A stretch of DNA of 64,000 nucleotides, taken from an uncultured Eubacteriales bacterium. GTDB taxonomy: Bacteria > Bacillota > Clostridia > Christensenellales > CAG-138. Location of the stretch: positions 5,040-69,039 of the forward strand of contig UREK01000010.1 in the NCBI GenBank assembly GCA_900546845.1, given 5' to 3'. Positions 58,176 to 64,000 of the stretch are shown here, piece by piece. The notes beneath the pieces were generated by a model. The model was not told where the DNA came from. It worked only from the letters and a program-made list of their open reading frames with translations, and searched no databases. A program made the translations under genes and the position numbers. How positions within the stretch are numbered: the stretch's first letter is position 1; every line of letters begins with the position of its first letter.

Positions 58176-58596
58176 TTTTCATGCTGACGATCTCGTCGCA
58201 GTATTCGCAGCGGTACTCGCGCGTTTGCGCGTCGAGCAGGTGGAAGATATGCGGCGCGTTGCGCTCTACGCTCGTCACGCAGCGGGGGTTCTTGCAGCGG
58301 ATGACGTTTGTGACCGTCTTGGGGAGCTCCAGGTTGATCTTCTTGACAATCTGGCCGTTTTCGATGATGTTCACCGTGGCGTTCGGGTCGAGGAGGCCCA
58401 ACACGGTGAGATCCACGTCCGTCACGTTCTCGATCTTGATGAGATCCTTGCGGCCATGCTTCTTGCTCGTGGCGTTCATGATAAAGGCCACGGTGTTTTT
58501 CTTGGTGTCGATCTTGAGGTAGTCGAGGATGCGGTTGCCGGTGCCCGCCGTGATGTGGTCGATCACGATGCCGCGTTCAATGCTGTTGACGATCAT
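58168..58596 (-). CDS. pyrI: aspartate carbamoyltransferase regulatory subunit
   Basis: 142 aa with a C-terminal Zn domain: IRCKNPRCVT...YRCEYCD. Confidence 0.9.
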   Translation of the reverse strand: MIVNSIERGIVIDHITAGTGNRILDYLKIDTKKNTVAFIMNATSKKHGRKDLIKIENVTDVDLTVLGLLDPNATVNIIENGQIVKKINLELPKTVTNVIRCKNPRCVTSVERNAPHIFHLLDAQTREYRCEYCDEIVSMKNE

Positions 58597-58622
58597 TGCT
58601 GTTTCCTCCCTTTCTTACTGTC

Positions 58623-59552
58623 TTACTGTACTTCAATGCCGAGCAGCTTCATGATGAGCGCCATGCGCACGAACATGCCGTTCCTGGCCTGCTCGAAATA
58701 GAGAGCGCGCGGGTCGCTGTCCACCTCGACCGCGATCTCGTTGACGCGCGGCAGCGGGTGGAGCACCATCATGTTTGCGTTTGCAAGCTGCATCTTCTCC
58801 GCGTCGAGGATGTAGCGGTCCTTCAGGCGGATGTAATCGTCCTCGTTGAAGAAGCGCTCGCGCTGCACGCGGGTCATGTAGAGCACGTCGAGCTCCGGCA
58901 GCACGTCCTGCATCTTTTTCACCTCGCGGAAGGGGATGTTGTTCGCCTCCAGCACGCCGCGGCGCACATAATCCGGGATGCGCAGCTCCTCCGGCGAGAT
59001 GAGGACGAATTTGATCCCCGCATAGCGCGAAAGCGCCTTGATGAGCGAATGCACCGTGCGGCCGAACTTGAGGTCGCCGCAGAGGCCGACGGTCAGGTTT
59101 TCAAAGCCGCCCTTGCGCCGCCTTATCGTAAGAAGGTCTGTGAGCGTCTGCGTCGGATGCTGGTGGCCGCCGTCGCCCGCGTTGATGACGGGCATGTCCG
59201 TGCTGTTGGCGGCGACGCGGGGCGCGCCCTCCTTCGGGTGGCGCATGACGGCGATGTCCGCATAGCAGGCGATGGTGCGGATGGTGTCCGCGATGCTCTC
59301 ACCCTTGGCGACGGAGCTGGAGTTCGGCTCCGAGAAGCCGATCACCTGGCCGCCCAGGCGCAGCATCGCCGCCTCAAAGCTAAAGCGCGTGCGGGTGCTC
59401 GGTTCGTAGAACAGCGTTGCGAGCAGCTTGCCGTCGCAGGCATGGGCAAAACGCGGCGGGTCCGCGATGATCTCGTCCGCCAGGTCGAAGATCTCCTCCA
59501 GTTCGGCGGTGGTCATGTCCATAGGTTCGAGGATGCTTTTCCCTTTCAGCAT
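58623..59552 (-). CDS. pyrB: aspartate carbamoyltransferase catalytic subunit
   Basis: [13 protein letters not shown]...HPTQ...HPLPRV. The ATG at 59552 is 6 nt after AGGAG. Confidence 0.93.
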   Translation of the reverse strand: MLKGKSILEPMDMTTAELEEIFDLADEIIADPPRFAHACDGKLLATLFYEPSTRTRFSFEAAMLRLGGQVIGFSEPNSSSVAKGESIADTIRTIACYADIAVMRHPKEGAPRVAANSTDMPVINAGDGGHQHPTQTLTDLLTIRRRKGGFENLTVGLCGDLKFGRTVHSLIKALSRYAGIKFVLISPEELRIPDYVRRGVLEANNIPFREVKKMQDVLPELDVLYMTRVQRERFFNEDDYIRLKDRYILDAEKMQLANANMMVLHPLPRVNEIAVEVDSDPRALYFEQARNGMFVRMALIMKLLGIEVQ

Positions 59553-59589
59553 GTGGATCTCCTTTCTAAATGCAGGGCAGAATTTACGC

Positions 59590-59623
59590 AAAAAAAATCT
59601 TCCCTCAAATCAAAGGGAAGATT
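59590..59623 (-). terminator. pyr leader attenuator terminator
   Basis: Minus strand reads AUCUUCCCU-uugauuug-AGGGAAGAU followed by eight U residues, about 40 nt upstream of the pyrB start. Confidence 0.8.
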
Positions 59624-59711
59624 TTGCAACAAACGGGAAAGGATGGGAAAGGCGGGACAGGCCGCCCGGAAAGCAATCGCGCCGCGCCATGGTTTCGATC
59701 CGCCGCCGCAT
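59610..59711 (-). CDS. candidate pyr leader peptide (33 codons)
   Basis: AGGAGG lies 8 nt before ATG 59711. Translation is MRRRIETMARRDCFPGGLSRLSHPFPFVAKSSL. The stop TGA (59610..59612) lies in the loop of the attenuator hairpin. Confidence 0.45.
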   Translation of the reverse strand: MRRRIETMARRDCFPGGLSRLSHPFPFVAKSSL

Positions 59712-59806
59712 GCCGTTCCCCTCCTTTTTTAACCTTAAATCTTCGGTATGGTATCACATCCGAAGCGCTGTGTCAAGTAGGACAAAAAGGAAAGCATGCG
59801 CCGTTT

Positions 59807-61867
59807 TCAGCCGCCGAACTCCGGCGCAAGGAACGCCTCCAAAATGCGCTTCACGTCAATCTCGCGCAGGAGCGCTTCCATGCCCTCCAGCGTAAAAGAG
59901 GCCATCTCCCTGCTATATAAATCTGCACTGCCCTTGCCCTCCACGGCATAGGAAGCCAGGAACACGCCGGTGCTGCCGTCCTCCGCCTCGCCGATCGGCA
60001 TCAGGAAAATGCCTTCAAACGCGCTTTCCCCAAAAAGCTCCGCCGCACCCAGCGTCGCGCCCGCCTGCCTGGCCGCGCTTTCACCCATGGATACCGTCAC
60101 GACACAGGACGCTCCGTCCCCGGCGGCATAGATCAGTTCAGCCACCATACTTTGGGACAGCGAACCCCCGAGCGCCTCGTCCAACGCGGAAAGGGTATAC
60201 TTTTCACCCTCCGCGAACGTGTCGATCGGGAGGTTCTTTTGCGTGCTGAGATCCACCAGCGTTCCCTGCGCCGCGTCGCGCAACAGCCTGAATTTACCCT
60301 CCTTCAGCCACGTTCCTTCCATGAGTTCCACAGCGTTGAGCGCATAAGCGCCCGTCTCCATTTCCGCAAGGCCGGGGAACAGCCGCAGGAGCTTTTCCGG
60401 CGTTTCAAACGTATCGCCCAGGTAGAAGCACAGCTTCCGCCCGTCATCCTCCAGCACACAGTATGCCTCGTTCCAGGCAAGGCCGTGCTCCGCGGCAAGC
60501 TGGGCGCGCCGGTCTTCCTGCGCGGCGGCCGCCGCGGCTTCTCCCGCTTCATCCCGCTGATGTTCCAAGAGCGGCTCCGCATGCGCCGCGGCAAGATAGT
60601 CCGCCACGAGCTGCGCCGCGCCCTCGATGCGCGCATAATCCAAATGCGCAGGCACATCCTCCGCCGTGTGTACCTTATCGCCCTCATACACCGTGTCCGA
60701 AAGCGTCACGGCAAGCCTACTCCCGGCGCGCTGGAGAACCACTCCGTCGCCCGAATAGGTTTCCTGCCGGAGCTGCGCGCCCCCGGCGGCGCCCGCCTCC
60801 ACAAGCGCCTGTGCGAGCGGGTTCACGCCATCGAATTCTTCCGTGTAAACGTCGATGAAATCCCGGCCCGCGTGGCCGATGCAGTCAATGTTGATGATGT
60901 TCACGCACGCATAGCGCTCCTCCAGCAGTGCGGCAAATGCACGCGCGCCGTCCTTATCGTTTTCCTCCCCGTCCGTAGCAAGGAACACCACGTCCCGCGC
61001 CGGGGAAACGCCCCGCGCCGCGAACAGCGCGAGCGCGCGCAGCATCGCCGCTGTGCCGGAAGCGTTGTCATACGCCGAAGGGTAAAGCACGTCCCCATAA
61101 ATGCCGCTGCCATCGTAATGGGCCAGCACCAGCAGCGCTTCCTCCCTGTTTTTGCCCGGGAAGCAGCCCGCCACGTTGCGGCCAACGCCTTGCGCCCGCG
61201 CCGCCGCCTTCATGCGCACGCGCAGCTGCGCGCCCTCCGCGCGGACGGCCTCGCGCATCTGCGCGCTGATGACGGAAATCACCACGCCGCACGGCTGCCC
61301 GATCGTGCTGTTCCCGCTCTTCGTATCCTTCCCGGCTGCGTCCACAATCGCAACGCTTTCCCTGTTTTCCTTCGCATATTCGAGCGCCGCGCCGAAATTT
61401 ACGGTTAAAAAAAGCGCCTTTCCGGCTTCACACTCGGTTTTTTTGCCGCTGACCGGGATCTGAACGTCAACATCCTGGAACGGGTGGGTATAAATATAAT
61501 CTATGCCGGCCGTGAAGCTGATCTCCGTGCCATCCGCCGCGATCACAGCCACTTCCGGCTCCGCCGCCGAAGGCTCCGCGGTCTGGTCCATATATTCGAT
61601 CAAAAAAGAATCGCCTTCAAACGGCACGAGCCCTGCCGCCTCAAACGCGCCCGCGATGTATTCCGCCGCGCGCAGGCCGCCCCGGCTGCCCACCGTGCGC
61701 CCCTCCATTTCCCGGGAGCACAGCGCTAGGACGATCTCCTCCGCGCTGCCGAAGCCCCATTGCGGTGTAGGCGTTTCCACGGCCGCAGGCGCGGAGCAGG
61801 CGGACGCAAGCAGGAAACAGGCCAACAGGCATATTCCAGCGCAGCATCTTAAATAATTTTTCTTCAT
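59807..61867 (-). CDS. M28-family peptidase lipoprotein with large C-terminal extension
   Basis: Lipobox LLASAC. The M28-like core reads LVLAHYDGSG...DNASGTAAMLRALALF...FLATDGEE. Confidence 0.75.
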   Translation of the reverse strand: MKKNYLRCCAGICLLACFLLASACSAPAAVETPTPQWGFGSAEEIVLALCSREMEGRTVGSRGGLRAAEYIAGAFEAAGLVPFEGDSFLIEYMDQTAEPSAAEPEVAVIAADGTEISFTAGIDYIYTHPFQDVDVQIPVSGKKTECEAGKALFLTVNFGAALEYAKENRESVAIVDAAGKDTKSGNSTIGQPCGVVISVISAQMREAVRAEGAQLRVRMKAAARAQGVGRNVAGCFPGKNREEALLVLAHYDGSGIYGDVLYPSAYDNASGTAAMLRALALFAARGVSPARDVVFLATDGEENDKDGARAFAALLEERYACVNIINIDCIGHAGRDFIDVYTEEFDGVNPLAQALVEAGAAGGAQLRQETYSGDGVVLQRAGSRLAVTLSDTVYEGDKVHTAEDVPAHLDYARIEGAAQLVADYLAAAHAEPLLEHQRDEAGEAAAAAAQEDRRAQLAAEHGLAWNEAYCVLEDDGRKLCFYLGDTFETPEKLLRLFPGLAEMETGAYALNAVELMEGTWLKEGKFRLLRDAAQGTLVDLSTQKNLPIDTFAEGEKYTLSALDEALGGSLSQSMVAELIYAAGDGASCVVTVSMGESAARQAGATLGAAELFGESAFEGIFLMPIGEAEDGSTGVFLASYAVEGKGSADLYSREMASFTLEGMEALLREIDVKRILEAFLAPEFGG

Positions 61868-62010
61868 AGCGTCCTCCAGTTCGATCGCGTTTTTCGTTGT
61901 CTCGTTTCCCTTTGTTCTTTTCTTCTGCTAAGTTCTGAGTAAGAATACGGTTTTTCTGTTCTAAGTTTGTTTGTACTTAATATTACCAGTTTTTGTCCGG
62001 CGTTACAAGC

Positions 62011-62048
62011 AAAAATAAAGCGCCGCGCCCGATTTTCGGACGCGGCGC
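62011..62048 (-). terminator. intrinsic terminator after the FtsX-like permease gene
   Basis: GCGCCGCG...CGCGGCGC stem, followed on the minus strand by UUUAUUUUU. Confidence 0.75.
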
Positions 62049-62062
62049 CGCTTCGCTCCAAA

Positions 62063-63778
62063 TTACCGCTTCACGATCTTGAAATACGCCCGCGCCGTCA
62101 TGCGGTAAGCGATGAAATAGATGACCGCGAACGCTGCGCTTACACCGAGCGCGCAGCAGAGCACGAGCACCCAGTCATACAGCTCGAACGCCTGCATCAT
62201 CCGCGTAAGGATGCGGCTTGCGAACACCATGTGCAGGAGCGCCGTCGCAAGCGGCAGGAAGAACACCCATAGCACCTGCGCGTTGATCGTGCCCTTCACC
62301 TGCTTTTCGTCCATGCCCACCTGCTGGAGGATGCCGAAGCGTTCCTTATCCTCATAACCCTCCGTGATCTGCTTGAAGTAGATCATCAGCACCGTGACCA
62401 CCAGGAACAGGATTGCGAAGAACGCGCCGAGGAACAGCAGCCCGCCGTACATGCCGTAAGCTGCCTGCCGGGCGTTGAAAATGTCGTAGGGCACCGTACT
62501 GTATCTGATTTCCTCCCCATCCGAGTTTGTAGCCGTATACTCATTCTTCCCCATCGCTTCCACAAACGCGAGGCAATCCGCCTCGCTGCCGGTGAGGTCA
62601 AAATGCAGCGTGCCGTCCAGGTAGATGCTGTGCGGCTGGATATACAGCGTGGATTCCGGGTAAACCGTGCAGGCCGTTTTTTGCCCATCCCCGTTGCCGT
62701 CATAGGAGAGCTTGCTTTCCTCCGCATGCATCACAAGGCCGTGCTCCGCCGCAAGCGCAGCGAGCTTTTCATCCAGCCAAAGGCGTTTATCTTGCGGGAT
62801 GCTGACGCTCACGTCATAGGGGTGCTGCGGCGCGAGCGTCTTTTCCTGCCCAAGGTAAAGCGAGAGCGTGCCGCAGAGCGTCACAAGGAACATCGTGGAA
62901 AGGATGCAGATCGTCGCAAGGCTTGAGGCGTTCTGCCGCATGCGGTGGAACATGCCCGAAACGGAAACGAAGTTCTGCGGCTTGTAATAAAACCGCTTGT
63001 TGGCCCGGAGCGCGCGCAGCACCGCAATGCTGCCGGAGGTGAAAAGCAGGTTCGTCGCCAGGATGACGAGCAGCACCAGGATGAAGAAGATGCCAAGCGC
63101 CACGCCGACGTTTTCCACCGTCCATGCGTAGTAATACGCCGCGCCGAGCATGGCCGCGCCGATGAGCGCCATCGGGATCACGAGCTTGGAATCCTTCTCG
63201 CCGCGCTTCTCGCTCTGCATGAGCTGGATCGGGTTTGCAAGGTGCACCTGTGCGAGGTTATAAAGCGAGCTTACGAAGTACACGGCGAGGAAGAGCGCGG
63301 CCGTCGCAAGAAACGCCACCGGCGCGGGCCGGAACTCGTTCTGCGGCAGCGCGTGCATGAGCTTGAGGAGCAGCAGGAACAGGAGCTTGCCGAACACCAG
63401 CGCGAACACGAGCCCGCAGGCCAGGCCGCCGAGCAGGACGATCGCGTTTTCGAGCAGCAGGATGCGCCCCACGTGCGCCTTGGAAAGTCCGAGCACGCCG
63501 TAAAGGCCGAATTCCCGCTTGCGGCGCTTTACGAGGAAGCTGTTGATGGAGAGCAAAAAGCCCGCCGCGAACAGCGTGAACACCATAACGCCCATCCGGA
63601 ACAGCCCCTGCGCGGCGTCCCCGCCAGGCACCCCGGCAAGCTCGCCGGACATCGCAAACCCGCACACGAGGAAATAGATGCCGCCGATGATCGCGCAGGC
63701 GATCAAATACGGCAGGTACACCTCCCGGCTGCGGCGGATGTTCGCCCACGCAAGCCTGAGGTAAAATCCCTTAGCCAA
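62063..63778 (-). CDS. FtsX-like (BceB-type) ABC permease
   Basis: The N-terminus LAKGFYLRLAWANIRRSREVY resembles BceB. There are about ten hydrophobic helices with a large central loop. A TTG start at 63778 overlaps the upstream ATPase stop. The track ORF N-terminus is a spurious extension. Confidence 0.8.
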   Translation of the reverse strand: MAKGFYLRLAWANIRRSREVYLPYLIACAIIGGIYFLVCGFAMSGELAGVPGGDAAQGLFRMGVMVFTLFAAGFLLSINSFLVKRRKREFGLYGVLGLSKAHVGRILLLENAIVLLGGLACGLVFALVFGKLLFLLLLKLMHALPQNEFRPAPVAFLATAALFLAVYFVSSLYNLAQVHLANPIQLMQSEKRGEKDSKLVIPMALIGAAMLGAAYYYAWTVENVGVALGIFFILVLLVILATNLLFTSGSIAVLRALRANKRFYYKPQNFVSVSGMFHRMRQNASSLATICILSTMFLVTLCGTLSLYLGQEKTLAPQHPYDVSVSIPQDKRLWLDEKLAALAAEHGLVMHAEESKLSYDGNGDGQKTACTVYPESTLYIQPHSIYLDGTLHFDLTGSEADCLAFVEAMGKNEYTATNSDGEEIRYSTVPYDIFNARQAAYGMYGGLLFLGAFFAILFLVVTVLMIYFKQITEGYEDKERFGILQQVGMDEKQVKGTINAQVLWVFFLPLATALLHMVFASRILTRMMQAFELYDWVLVLCCALGVSAAFAVIYFIAYRMTARAYFKIVKR

Positions 63779-64000
63779 TGTCCGCACCCCCGTCCGAAAG
63801 CACGGAAAGGTTGGCGACGATCCGGTCGAAGAAGGCACGGTTGTCGTCCTCCCCGCGGTAAAGCTGGGCGAAGATCTCGCCATCCTTAATGAACAGCACG
63901 CGGCTCGCGTAGCTTGCGGCCATGGCGCTGTGCGTCACCATAAGGATGGTTTTGCCCGCGCGCTCGTTCAAATCCCGGAAGTTCTGCAGCAGGCTCACGG
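63771..64000 (-). CDS. ABC transporter ATP-binding protein (C-terminal part; 5' end outside the window)
   Basis: ...ERAGKTILMVTHSAMAASYASRVLFIKDGEIF... is the H-loop region of a BceA/MacB-type ATPase. Confidence 0.8.
   Translation of the reverse strand, partial: VSLLQNFRDLNERAGKTILMVTHSAMAASYASRVLFIKDGEIFAQLYRGEDDNRAFFDRIVANLSVLSDGGADIG

Noticed and set aside
59553-59806. PyrR-binding anti-antiterminator in the pyr leader.
   Set aside because: I could not find the conserved PyrR recognition loop by eye. The leader-peptide/terminator geometry explains the region instead, but a covariance-model scan is still needed.

Overview
GC-rich (by eye) Clostridia-like chromosomal segment. It is almost fully coding and most genes are on the minus strand. 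Many long ORFs in the supplied track are Arg/Ala/Pro-rich shadow frames lying opposite recognisable genes.

Gene content, in order:
1. A cobalamin-riboswitch-controlled operon (1-11.8 kb, minus strand): ABC importer (binding lipoprotein, FecCD permease, ATPase), then ChlI-like, ChlD-like, CobN-like, a SPASM radical SAM enzyme, and a second CobN paralog that runs off the window and is missing from the ORF track.
2. A glycerol module: glpP, glpK, a GlpA-like FAD dehydrogenase, an FAD/NAD oxidoreductase and a DUF1667 protein.
3. An alpha/beta hydrolase and a GntR-ABC (YtrA-like) operon.
4. spoIID, an NfeD-FloA operon, an L,D-transpeptidase, a DUF368 protein, tRNA-Ser, a heterodimeric ABC exporter pair and a DUF305 protein.
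5. A selenium island of about 20 kb: tandem glycine riboswitch, then grdX-grdE-grdB(UGA)-trxB-trxA-grdA(UGA)-grdC-grdD; tRNA-Sec, selB, selA, DUF3343, TusA-like, YedE, LysR, a class V desulfurase/lyase and selD.
6. A pyrB-pyrI-pyrC-pyrF-pyrK-pyrD-pyrE operon with a leader-peptide/terminator attenuator.
7. An M28 lipoprotein peptidase and a BceAB-like ABC pair.

Structure not explained by genes:
- Four copies of a ~189-bp multi-hairpin element with terminal inverted repeats. Stem changes between copies are compensatory.
- Two BIME/REPIN-like arrays of ~88-nt units.
- A low-GC islet next to tRNA-Sec.

The best candidate for an undescribed system is the B12-repressed importer + chelatase + radical SAM operon.
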